DNA of 64,000 nt from an uncultured Pelagibacteraceae bacterium (GTDB taxonomy: Bacteria; Pseudomonadota; Alphaproteobacteria; Pelagibacterales; Pelagibacteraceae): positions 8,831 to 72,830 of the forward strand of contig CACDZM010000004.1 of assembly GCA_902557215.1 (NCBI GenBank), written 5' to 3'. Position 1 is the first letter of the stretch. Each line of letters starts with the position of its first letter. The notes beneath the pieces are model-generated. The model was not told where the DNA came from, made no database searches, and saw only the letters and a program-made list of their open reading frames with translations. Positions 30,719-39,680 of the stretch are shown here, in pieces. The position numbers were made by a program, and so were the translations under genes.

Positions 30719-33589
30719 ATGCTACATAATTCGCAAAAAGATTTTTTAAAAAGACACATTGGTCCCTCTGAAGAAGAACAATTAAAGATGATTAAAAAAT
30801 TGGAATGTAAATCACTGGATGATTTAATAGACAATACCGTTCCTGAAAAAATCCAATTTAAAGGTGAACTAAATATTGGTGAGTCGAATTCAGAATATGA
30901 AGCACTAAGAAAATTAAAGGCAATTTCAAAAAAAAACCAAATTTACTCAAACTTTCTAGGTATGGGTTATTATGGAACATATACGCCATATGTAATCTTA
31001 AGAAATATATTAGAAAATCCAGGATGGTATACGTCCTACACACCTTACCAGCCAGAAGTAGCTCAAGGTAGATTGGAAATGCTATTAAATTTTCAACAAA
31101 TGATAGTTGATTTTACTGGAATGGATATTGCAAATGCGTCCCTACTTGATGAAGGTACAGCAGCTGCAGAGGCTATGGGTTTAAGCCATAGACTAAATAA
31201 AAGTGATAGTAATTTAGTCTTTGTCTCAGAAAATTGTCATCCACAAACAATTGATGTCATTCAAACAAGGGCAGAGCCAATGGGTCTTAAAGTTCTTGTT
31301 GGAAATGAGGATAAGGTTATAGAGCAATTAAAAGAAAATATTGTTTGTGGAATTTTACAGTACCCTGGGACCTTGGGTGATATTAAAGATCCTAGTGAAG
31401 CAATAAGTAAAATTCATAAAAAAAACGGTAAAGCAATTTTAGCATGTGATCTTCTTGCGCTTGCTAAACTAAAAACACCAAGAGAGCTTGGAGCTGATAT
31501 TGCAGTAGGAAGCTCACAAAGATTTGGTATACCAATGGGTTACGGTGGACCGCATGCAGCCTTTTTTGCAACAAAAGATGAATATAAAAGATCTATGCCA
31601 GGAAGAATAGTTGGTGTTTCTGTAGATAGACATGGAAATAAAGCTTATAGATTGTCACTGCAGACTAGAGAGCAGCATATTAGAAGAGACAAAGCTACAA
31701 GTAATATTTGTACTGCTCAAGCTTTATTAGCAATTGTTTCAGCAGCATATTGTATTTATCATGGTCCAGACGGAATTAAGAATATTTCTGAGAGAGTATC
31801 TCAGTTAACAAAAAATTTTGCTGATAAAATAAAACAGTCTGGCTACAAAATTTATTCAGATTATTTTTTTGACACTGTAACAATTATTACTAAAGAGAAA
31901 ACTGATCAAATTTTTAAAAATGCTTTGGTTCAAAAAGTTAATATTAGAAAAGTAAATTCAGAAATGCTTGCTGTTTCTTTTGATGAAAAAAAGAATGTTT
32001 ATAGAGTTAATCAATTATTGAAAATTTTTAATGCAGCAGAATCAGTAAAAAAAGAGGATCCCACAGTAAGTTTACCTAATTTACCTGAAAATCTATTAAG
32101 AACTTCAAAGTTTTTGGAACATCCTGTTTTCAATTCATATCATTCAGAAACAGAAATGCTTAGATATCTTAAAAAGTTAGAGGATAAAGATATAGCTCTC
32201 AACAGAACTATGATTGCCCTTGGCTCATGTACTATGAAATTAAACGCCACTGCAGAAATGATACCTATCTCTTGGAGAGAATTAGCTGAGCCGCATCCGT
32301 TTGTGCCTGTAGAGCAAATGGAAGGATACAGAACATTATTCACTGATCTTAAAAATTGGCTAAGATCAATTACAGGTTTTTCAGGGGTTTCACTTCAGCC
32401 AAATGCTGGTGCTCAAGGTGAGTACGCAGGATTAATGGTAATTAGAAAATATCATATAGATAAAGGCGATAAAAATAGAAATATTTGTTTAATACCTAGC
32501 TCTGCTCATGGAACCAATCCTGCAAGTGCTCAAATGGTTGGAATGAAAGTTGTAGTAGTTAATTGTGATAAAGAGGGAAATGTTGACTTTGAGGATTTAA
32601 AGAAAAAAACCGAGCTGCATTCTGAAAATCTTGGAGCATTAATGGTAACTTATCCATCTACCCATGGAGTTTTTGAAGAGAAGATCACCGATATATGTGA
32701 CCTAATTCATAAAAATGGAGGTCAGGTTTATATGGATGGAGCAAACTTAAATGCTTTAGTTGGAATTGCAAAACCAGGAAATTTTGGTCCTGATGTTTGT
32801 CACATAAACTTACATAAAACATTTTGTATTCCACATGGTGGAGGCGGACCTGGTATGGGCCCTATTGCATGTAGAAAACACTTGCAAGCTTATCTGCCTA
32901 ATCATCCAGTTGTAAAAGATTGTGGACCTGCAACTGGAATAGGAGCAGTTTCATCAGCTCCTTGGGGCAGCTCAAGTATTTTATCAATTTCTTGGATGTA
33001 TATTAAAATGATGGGTTCCGAAGGATTAAAACTTGCAACAAAAATTGCTATTTTAAATGCAAATTATATTGCTAATAGACTTAAAAATCATTTTCCAATT
33101 CTGTATAAAGGATCAAAAGGTAATGTTGCACATGAATGCATTATTGATATTAGAAAGATTAAATCAGAAACAGGTGTAACTGAAGAGGATATTGCTAAAA
33201 GACTCATTGACTTTGGTTTTCATGCACCAACAATGTCATGGCCAGTTGCTGGAACAATGATGATAGAACCTACTGAAAGTGAAAGTTTATCTGAACTCGA
33301 TAGATTTTGTGATACCCTGATAAAGATAAAAGAAGAAATAGATCATATTAAATCTGGTAAATTTGACAAAGTTGATAACCCAATTAAAAATGCTCCTCAT
33401 ACTGACACTGAACTTGCATCAAACGACTGGAAACACAAATATTCTCGAGAAGAAGCAGCCTATCCAGCTAAATTTTTACGAACAAATAAATTTTGGCCAC
33501 CAGTAGCAAGAGTCGATAATGTCTATGGTGATAAAAATATTTTTTGTACATGCCCAAGTATGGATGAGTTCAAAGAAGACGCAGCTTAA
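30719..33589 (+). CDS. gcvP: Glycine dehydrogenase (decarboxylating), single-chain P protein
   Basis: YTPYQPEVAQGRLE, TREQHIRRDKATSNICT, NLHKTF (PLP Lys), MIEPTESE. Confidence 0.99.
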   Translation: MLHNSQKDFLKRHIGPSEEEQLKMIKKLECKSLDDLIDNTVPEKIQFKGELNIGESNSEYEALRKLKAISKKNQIYSNFLGMGYYGTYTPYVILRNILENPGWYTSYTPYQPEVAQGRLEMLLNFQQMIVDFTGMDIANASLLDEGTAAAEAMGLSHRLNKSDSNLVFVSENCHPQTIDVIQTRAEPMGLKVLVGNEDKVIEQLKENIVCGILQYPGTLGDIKDPSEAISKIHKKNGKAILACDLLALAKLKTPRELGADIAVGSSQRFGIPMGYGGPHAAFFATKDEYKRSMPGRIVGVSVDRHGNKAYRLSLQTREQHIRRDKATSNICTAQALLAIVSAAYCIYHGPDGIKNISERVSQLTKNFADKIKQSGYKIYSDYFFDTVTIITKEKTDQIFKNALVQKVNIRKVNSEMLAVSFDEKKNVYRVNQLLKIFNAAESVKKEDPTVSLPNLPENLLRTSKFLEHPVFNSYHSETEMLRYLKKLEDKDIALNRTMIALGSCTMKLNATAEMIPISWRELAEPHPFVPVEQMEGYRTLFTDLKNWLRSITGFSGVSLQPNAGAQGEYAGLMVIRKYHIDKGDKNRNICLIPSSAHGTNPASAQMVGMKVVVVNCDKEGNVDFEDLKKKTELHSENLGALMVTYPSTHGVFEEKITDICDLIHKNGGQVYMDGANLNALVGIAKPGNFGPDVCHINLHKTFCIPHGGGGPGMGPIACRKHLQAYLPNHPVVKDCGPATGIGAVSSAPWGSSSILSISWMYIKMMGSEGLKLATKIAILNANYIANRLKNHFPILYKGSKGNVAHECIIDIRKIKSETGVTEEDIAKRLIDFGFHAPTMSWPVAGTMMIEPTESESLSELDRFCDTLIKIKEEIDHIKSGKFDKVDNPIKNAPHTDTELASNDWKHKYSREEAAYPAKFLRTNKFWPPVARVDNVYGDKNIFCTCPSMDEFKEDAA

Positions 33590-33592
33590 TTA

Positions 33593-34831
33593 ATGAAAAT
33601 CGCTGTTATTGGTTCTGGTATTTCAGGATTAAGTGCGAGTTATTTTCTGTCAAAAAAACACCATGTTGATCTTTTTGAGAAGGAGGATCGCTTTGGAGGA
33701 CATTCTTATACTATCGATGTTGTCGTAAATAAAAAAAGAATTCCTGTCGATATAGGCTTTATAGTTTTTAATCACCTTACATATCCAAATTTGATAAATT
33801 TTTTTAAGGAAATTGATATTGAAATAGAAAAAAGTGATATGTCATTTTCTGTCTTTGTTGAGGGTACTAACTTTGAATATTGTGGCAAAGGTCTTAAAGG
33901 AATTTTTGCAAATAAATCAAATTTTTTGAATATTAAATTTATACAAATGTTTTTAGAAATATTAAAATTTTATAGATTATGTGATAAAATTTCAAATATT
34001 GATCAAGTAACGACCTTAGACGAATTTTTAAAAAAAAATAGATGGTCAAAAAGTTTCATCAATTATCACATTATTCCAATGGTGTCTGCTATCTGGTCAA
34101 TGCCCCCATATGAAGCTGGAAAAATGCCTATGAATTTTTTTTTAAAATTTTTCCAAAACCATGGGTTATTCAAATTACGTAACAGACCCCAATGGTATAC
34201 AGTAGCTCATAGAAGCAAAACATATGTGAATAAAGTATTATCTAAAATAAGTGGTGAGTATTTTAAAAACTACAAGATAAATTCAATTCAAAGAGTTTCA
34301 TCGGGAGTTCAAGTTTATTATGGAGGAGCTAATGAATTTTTTGACTATGATAAAGTTATTTTAGCTACTCACGCAGATGAAGCAATATCCCTAATCAAAA
34401 ATCCCACTGACGAAGAAATAAAAACTTTATCTAATTTTGATTATAAAAAAAATCTCGCAGTTCTACATTGTGATGAGAGTATAATGCCAAATAATAAAAA
34501 AGTTTGGTCATCATGGAATGCTTACGTTGATCCCAAAAATTTAAACAAAAGTTCATTAACTTATTGGTTAAACCTTTTGCAAAAAATTAATTGTGAAAAG
34601 AATATTTTTCTCACACTAAATCCTCTAAAAGAAATTCCAAATGAAAAAATTTATAAAAAAATTGAATTTACTCACCCTTATTATGATCAAAAAGCCTTAG
34701 ATAATCAAAAAAATTTAAAAAATATTCAAAATAAAGAAAATCTATTGTTTTGTGGAAGTTATTTTGGTTATGGTTTTCATGAAGATGGAATAAAGTCCTC
34801 TATTGAAATGCTCAAGAATTTAAATGAATAG
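33593..34831 (+). CDS. FAD-dependent oxidoreductase (COG2907; UfaD/RSP1091-like fatty-acid desaturase candidate)
   Basis: KIAVIGSGISGL, GGHS.T, VDIGFIVFN..TYPNL, SDMSFSV, GYGFHEDG; followed by DUF1365 and a CFA-like gene. Confidence 0.85.
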   Translation: MKIAVIGSGISGLSASYFLSKKHHVDLFEKEDRFGGHSYTIDVVVNKKRIPVDIGFIVFNHLTYPNLINFFKEIDIEIEKSDMSFSVFVEGTNFEYCGKGLKGIFANKSNFLNIKFIQMFLEILKFYRLCDKISNIDQVTTLDEFLKKNRWSKSFINYHIIPMVSAIWSMPPYEAGKMPMNFFLKFFQNHGLFKLRNRPQWYTVAHRSKTYVNKVLSKISGEYFKNYKINSIQRVSSGVQVYYGGANEFFDYDKVILATHADEAISLIKNPTDEEIKTLSNFDYKKNLAVLHCDESIMPNNKKVWSSWNAYVDPKNLNKSSLTYWLNLLQKINCEKNIFLTLNPLKEIPNEKIYKKIEFTHPYYDQKALDNQKNLKNIQNKENLLFCGSYFGYGFHEDGIKSSIEMLKNLNE

Positions 34832-35585
34832 CTCAATTTATAACGGCACAGTAATTCATAAGAGATTTAAACCAAAAAATCATTACTTTAAATATAGCGT
34901 ATTTTCATTATTAATAGATTTATCCGAATTAGAAAGTCTAGACAAAAAAATTAATTTTTTTTCGTATAACAAGTTTAATCTCATTAGTTTTTTTGAAAAG
35001 GATCATGGCGATAGAGACGGTTCGTCCTTAATTGAATGGGTTAAAAAAAATTTAAGTTTAAATAATATTCAATTTGAAGATATTAGGATTAGACTTCTGT
35101 GCTATCCAAGAATATTAGGATATGTTTTTAATCCTTTAAGTGTTTTTTATATTTACGATAATAATGAGAAATTAATATCTATATTTTATGAGGTAAAAAA
35201 CACATTTGATGAGCAACACACTTACATATTTAAAGTTAAAGAAAATAATAAATTTATTCAACATGATTGTTCTAAAAAATTTCATGTATCACCATTTGTA
35301 GAAATGAATTGTAATTACTATTTCAAAAATTTAGAACCTAAAGAAAATATTTCAATTATCATAAATCAATATGATACTGAGGGTAAAATACTATATGCAT
35401 CTCAAGATGGCAGAAGAGTAGATTTCAACGCAAAAGAGCTACTAAAATCCTACGTTAAACATCCATTAATGACCTTTAAAATTATTTCTGCGATACATTT
35501 TGAAGCGTTTAAATTGTGGACCAAAGGAATTAAATACCTAAAGAAAAAATTAAAAATAAGAAATAATATTACTTTTGAAAGCTAA
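34824..35585 (+). CDS. DUF1365 protein (UfaO/RSP1090-like)
   Basis: G.V.H.R..P..H.F.Y, PRILGYVFNPLS, YEVKNTF.EQH.Y, KKFHVSPF, IHFEA.KLW.KG. Confidence 0.88.
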   Translation: MNSSIYNGTVIHKRFKPKNHYFKYSVFSLLIDLSELESLDKKINFFSYNKFNLISFFEKDHGDRDGSSLIEWVKKNLSLNNIQFEDIRIRLLCYPRILGYVFNPLSVFYIYDNNEKLISIFYEVKNTFDEQHTYIFKVKENNKFIQHDCSKKFHVSPFVEMNCNYYFKNLEPKENISIIINQYDTEGKILYASQDGRRVDFNAKELLKSYVKHPLMTFKIISAIHFEAFKLWTKGIKYLKKKLKIRNNITFES

Positions 35586-36763
35586 TGAATATAACAAATC
35601 TATCAGATAAGATTGTATTTAATAAACTAAAAAATTTAAAATATGGTTTTTTAGAATTAAAAAATCATGATGGTAAAATTTTTAAATTTGGCGATCCAGA
35701 ATCACCTTTAAGATCAAAAATTATCATAAAAAAGTCTAACTTTACTTTTAACTTAATAAAAAATGGCAGTATTGGATTTGCAGAATCTTATATGCATGAT
35801 GAATTTGAAACTGAAAATTTATCAGACCTTATAGAAATCACCGCAAGGAATATAAATGAAATTCATAAATTCTCTGGATTATTAGATTTACCTTTAATCA
35901 ACTTTTTTAGAAATATTTTCATAAAAAACACGAAATATAGAAGTAAACTTAACATTGCAAAACACTATGATTTAGGGAATGAATTTTTTTCTTTATGGCT
36001 TGATAAAACATTAACTTACTCAAGTGCAATTTTTGATAAAAAATCAGAAAATTTGTCAGATGCACAAAACAACAAATATCAAAAATTAATTGATTTAATT
36101 CAGCCTAAAAATGGCGATAGAGTTTTAGAGATTGGTTGCGGATGGGGAGGTTTTGCTGAATATTTTGGTAAGAAATACGATGTGAAATTAGATTGTATTA
36201 CTATCTCAAAAAAACAATATGAATATGCCAAACAAAGAATTCATAAATGTGGTTTAAATGAGAAAGTCAACGTTGAGATTAAAGATTATAGAGACATAAA
36301 TTACAAATATAATTCAATCGCCTCAATTGAAATGATTGAAGCGGTTGGACATAATTATTTAGCAAATTATTTTACAACTTTAAAAAATAATTTATCAAGT
36401 GGTGGAACTGCAGCTATTCAAGCTATCACAATTGATGACTCTCTTTTTCAAAGATATAAAAATAAGCAGGATTTTATACAGAAATATATTTTCCCAGGTG
36501 GATTTCTTCCAAATAAAAATAGTATTGATAAATATATATCTCAAAATGATTTAACAATTAAATCTTATGAATCCTATGCAGACCATTATTCAAACACTCT
36601 ATCTATGTGGAGAGATGAATTTATCAATAAATGGGACTTAATCAAAAAACAGGGATTTGACTTAACTTTCAAAAGAATGTGGGAATTTTACTTATGCTAT
36701 TGTGAAGCAGGATTTAAATCTAAGAATATTGACTTAATTCAGTTTTCTTTACAAAACAAATAA
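35585..36763 (+). CDS. CFA-synthase-family SAM-dependent fatty-acyl-phospholipid methyltransferase (UfaM-like)
   Basis: G.IGFAESYM, NIAKHYDLGNEFF..WLD...TYSSA, LEIGCGWGG, SIEMIEAVG, YIFPGG, RMWEFYL.YCEAGF. Confidence 0.92.
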   Translation: MNITNLSDKIVFNKLKNLKYGFLELKNHDGKIFKFGDPESPLRSKIIIKKSNFTFNLIKNGSIGFAESYMHDEFETENLSDLIEITARNINEIHKFSGLLDLPLINFFRNIFIKNTKYRSKLNIAKHYDLGNEFFSLWLDKTLTYSSAIFDKKSENLSDAQNNKYQKLIDLIQPKNGDRVLEIGCGWGGFAEYFGKKYDVKLDCITISKKQYEYAKQRIHKCGLNEKVNVEIKDYRDINYKYNSIASIEMIEAVGHNYLANYFTTLKNNLSSGGTAAIQAITIDDSLFQRYKNKQDFIQKYIFPGGFLPNKNSIDKYISQNDLTIKSYESYADHYSNTLSMWRDEFINKWDLIKKQGFDLTFKRMWEFYLCYCEAGFKSKNIDLIQFSLQNK

Positions 36764-36777
36764 ATAATAGGTGATTT

Positions 36778-37326
36778 ATGAAATTCTCTAAATTAATCAA
36801 ATCAATTTTATTGATAATTCCTTTAATCTTAATTACAAGCTGTTCAAAAAATAGTGCAATGAAACCAGAAGATTTCAGAAATAAAGAGCCAAGATTGATT
36901 ATTGAAAATTACTTGTCTGGTAACGTTAAAGCGTGGGGTGTGCTTCAAAATAGATCTGGTAAAGTAACAAGACAATTTTCTGCTGATTTGGATGGAAAAT
37001 GGGATGGAAAAAAATTAATTCTTGATGAAAAATTTAATTGGGACGATGGTGAAATTCAAACAAGACAATGGCAGATAACAAAAATTGATGAAAATAATTA
37101 TGAAGGTACCGCAGGTGATGTTGTAGGAAAAGCAAAAGGATTTTCATACGGACCTGCATTTAAATTTGAATATGTTTTATTAGTTCCAGTGAAAGGAAAA
37201 GAAATTAAAATCACTTTTGACGATTGGATTTTCAAACAAGATGATCGTGTAGCTATAAATAGAGCCACTATGACTAAATTTGGTTTTAAGGTTGCTGAAT
37301 TGACAGTGGTGTTTGTAAAAGATTAA
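36778..37326 (+). CDS. DUF3833 lipoprotein
   Basis: Lipobox LITSC; G...AWG..Q.RSGKV.R.F, LDEKF.WDDGE...R.W, GTAGDVVG.A, FDDW, KFG. Confidence 0.85.
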   Translation: MKFSKLIKSILLIIPLILITSCSKNSAMKPEDFRNKEPRLIIENYLSGNVKAWGVLQNRSGKVTRQFSADLDGKWDGKKLILDEKFNWDDGEIQTRQWQITKIDENNYEGTAGDVVGKAKGFSYGPAFKFEYVLLVPVKGKEIKITFDDWIFKQDDRVAINRATMTKFGFKVAELTVVFVKD

Positions 37327-38084
37327 TTTTTCTTTTGATATTTGGTCATTCTTCCTACTAAACCAAAATAAACTTTACTTGGTAAAAAACTAAATATTTT
37401 AAGTAAAATAGTTAAAGATTTAGGAAAATGAATTTCAAAAACTTTTTTATTTACTAGACCATCATAGATTTTTTCTGCTGCATATTCGGTAGTTTTTAAA
37501 AAAGGCATTTTAAAATCATTTTTATCTGTCATGGGTGTTTTAATAAATCCTGGTGAAACTAAACAAATACGTACATTTGATCTACCAAAATCAAAATATA
37601 AACTTTCAGCAAGATTGTTTAATGCCGATTTTGATGGTCCATAACCTGTTGAATTTGGTAAACCTCTATATCCAGCTATGGATGAAACTATACTTATTGT
37701 GCCGTTTTTTTTATCTTTAAAATATTTTTCTACACTTTTAATACTATTTAAGGTTCCAAAAAAATTCACTTTAAACACATTTTCTATTTGATCTACATCG
37801 ATATCCTTTTCTTTTTTTGGATCCCAAGTTCCAGTTGAAAAAAAACAAATATCAATATTTTTATACTTATTAATAATATCTTTAAATACTTCATGACATT
37901 TTGATTTGTCTGTGACATCTAATGGAAACGAGCTTATATTTTGGTGATTCTCTGCAATTTCTTTAAGAAGACTTTCTCTTCTTGCAGATATAGCAACATT
38001 CCAACCCTCATTAGCAAATTTTATTGCTAATGCTTTTCCAATACCTGTGCTTCCACCAGTTATCCAAATTGTTTTTTTATTCAT
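37323..38084 (-). CDS. Short-chain dehydrogenase/reductase
   Basis: ITGGSTGIG, SSIAGYRGLP, YGPSK (YxxxK), VSPGFIKTPMTDKNDFKMPF. Confidence 0.92.
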   Translation of the reverse strand: MNKKTIWITGGSTGIGKALAIKFANEGWNVAISARRESLLKEIAENHQNISSFPLDVTDKSKCHEVFKDIINKYKNIDICFFSTGTWDPKKEKDIDVDQIENVFKVNFFGTLNSIKSVEKYFKDKKNGTISIVSSIAGYRGLPNSTGYGPSKSALNNLAESLYFDFGRSNVRICLVSPGFIKTPMTDKNDFKMPFLKTTEYAAEKIYDGLVNKKVFEIHFPKSLTILLKIFSFLPSKVYFGLVGRMTKYQKKN

Positions 38085-38107
38085 TATTTAAAATGTATAA
38101 TACCTAA
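38085..38107. promoter_or_regulatory. Putative bidirectional promoter between SDR and tspO
   Basis: 23 bp gap; perfect TATAAT 38096-38101 six nt before the tspO ATG; - strand TACATT 38097-38092 seven nt before the SDR ATG. Confidence 0.55.
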
Positions 38108-38575
38108 ATGTTAAAAAATAAATTTTTATCATTCATGTTTTTTCTAATAATCACCTTTTCGGCATCATTTATAGGTGCATTTACTACAATTAATTATAAA
38201 GAGCCCTGGTATTCTCAGATAATTAAATCAAATTATAATCCTCCAGACTGGGTTTTTGCACCTGTTTGGACAAGTTTATATTTAATGATGACCTTTGCTA
38301 TATGGATATTCTGGCATTGTAAAAACAAAGACACGAATACTGTTTACATTTATTTTTTTCATATCGTTATTAATACAACTTGGAGTATCGTTTTTTTTGG
38401 TCTCCATCAAATTTTTTTAGCAATGATTGTTTTGGTGATCTTAATTATTTTTATAATTGTTCTTATTTTGAGGTTTAAACGTGTCAATTTAGTGAGCTAT
38501 TATCTCATGATTCCATATTTACTTTGGTGCAGCTATGCTTTATTTCTTAACTTTAACTTGTTTCTATTAAATTAA
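38108..38575 (+). CDS. tspO: TspO/MBR tryptophan-rich sensory protein
   Basis: WY..I.K....PPDWVFAPVWTSLY..M, WS.VFFG, PYLLW..YA..LN. Confidence 0.93.
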   Translation: MLKNKFLSFMFFLIITFSASFIGAFTTINYKEPWYSQIIKSNYNPPDWVFAPVWTSLYLMMTFAIWIFWHCKNKDTNTVYIYFFHIVINTTWSIVFFGLHQIFLAMIVLVILIIFIIVLILRFKRVNLVSYYLMIPYLLWCSYALFLNFNLFLLN

Positions 38576-38576
38576 A

Positions 38577-39680
38577 ATGGATGATGTTGTTATAATTGGT
38601 GGTGGAATAATAGGTACATCAGCTGCTTATTTTCTGTCAAAAGAAGGAAGAAAAGTAAAAGTAATTGAAAGAGATCCGTCTTATAAATCTGCGTCTTTCC
38701 CTTTATCTTTAGGTGGTTTTAGAAGACAGTTCTATCAAACGGAAAATATTTTACTTGGAAAGTTTGCTAGAGAGTTTATTTTTCAAATTTCAGAATTATT
38801 AAAAACAAAAAAAAATCCTAAACCTACAGCAAGCATGGTAACCAACGGATATTTATTAATGTTTGGACCAGAGCATGCAGAGGAACAATACAAAGCACTT
38901 GAAAATCATAAAGCTTGTGAGGCTGGAACTAAAAACGTAAAAGGTTCAGAACTAATGAAGTTTTTCCCATATATTAATAGTGATGGGATTGAAACAGCTA
39001 CCTTTACGGATAATCAAAGTGAAGGGTGGATAGATCCATTTATGTTTCATAGTGCTTTGAAAAGTAAAGCTATTGAGTTAGGTGCAAATTTTATAAAGGG
39101 AAAGGTAAAATCTATCTCAGAAATTAAAGCCAAAACAATTATCTCTGCCGCAGGATGTTGGACTAAAGAATTATTAGAAGATATTCCAGTAGAGCCTCAA
39201 AAACACACGGTATTTAGGGTTAAGTGCCCAAAACATATTCCCGAAATGCCATTAACAGGAGATTTAACAACTGGAGTTTACTGGAGACCAGAGGGTAAAG
39301 AGTATTTAGCAGGATCACCTAAATCTGTATTTGATGCTAAGGATTTAGAACCTGCTTGGAATGATTTTGAAGAATTGGTGTGGCCTGCTCTTGCTAAAAG
39401 AGTACCAGCATTTGAAGAACTTAAATTAACTGGTGGATGGGCTGGATATTATGATTGTAACAGATTAGATAATAATGCTGTAGTTGGGAAACATCCAAAA
39501 TATGATAATGTTTATTTAGCTACTGGATTTACAGGAAGAGGCTTAATGCAAGCGCCTGGTATTGGAAGAGCATTAACAGAATTAATTACTACTGGTTCGT
39601 ATCAATCAATTGATATTTCAAATATGGCAGTAGAAAGGGTTTTAGGAAAAAAAGCAAGACATGAACCTTATGTCCTTTGA
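38577..39680 (+). CDS. FAD-dependent oxidoreductase, DAO/sarcosine-oxidase-beta family (FOXRED1-like)
   Basis: DVVIIGGGIIG, ERDPSY..AS..LSLGGFRRQF...EN, EGWIDP, GWAGYYD, ATGFTGRGLMQAPGIGR. Confidence 0.85.
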   Translation: MDDVVIIGGGIIGTSAAYFLSKEGRKVKVIERDPSYKSASFPLSLGGFRRQFYQTENILLGKFAREFIFQISELLKTKKNPKPTASMVTNGYLLMFGPEHAEEQYKALENHKACEAGTKNVKGSELMKFFPYINSDGIETATFTDNQSEGWIDPFMFHSALKSKAIELGANFIKGKVKSISEIKAKTIISAAGCWTKELLEDIPVEPQKHTVFRVKCPKHIPEMPLTGDLTTGVYWRPEGKEYLAGSPKSVFDAKDLEPAWNDFEELVWPALAKRVPAFEELKLTGGWAGYYDCNRLDNNAVVGKHPKYDNVYLATGFTGRGLMQAPGIGRALTELITTGSYQSIDISNMAVERVLGKKARHEPYVL

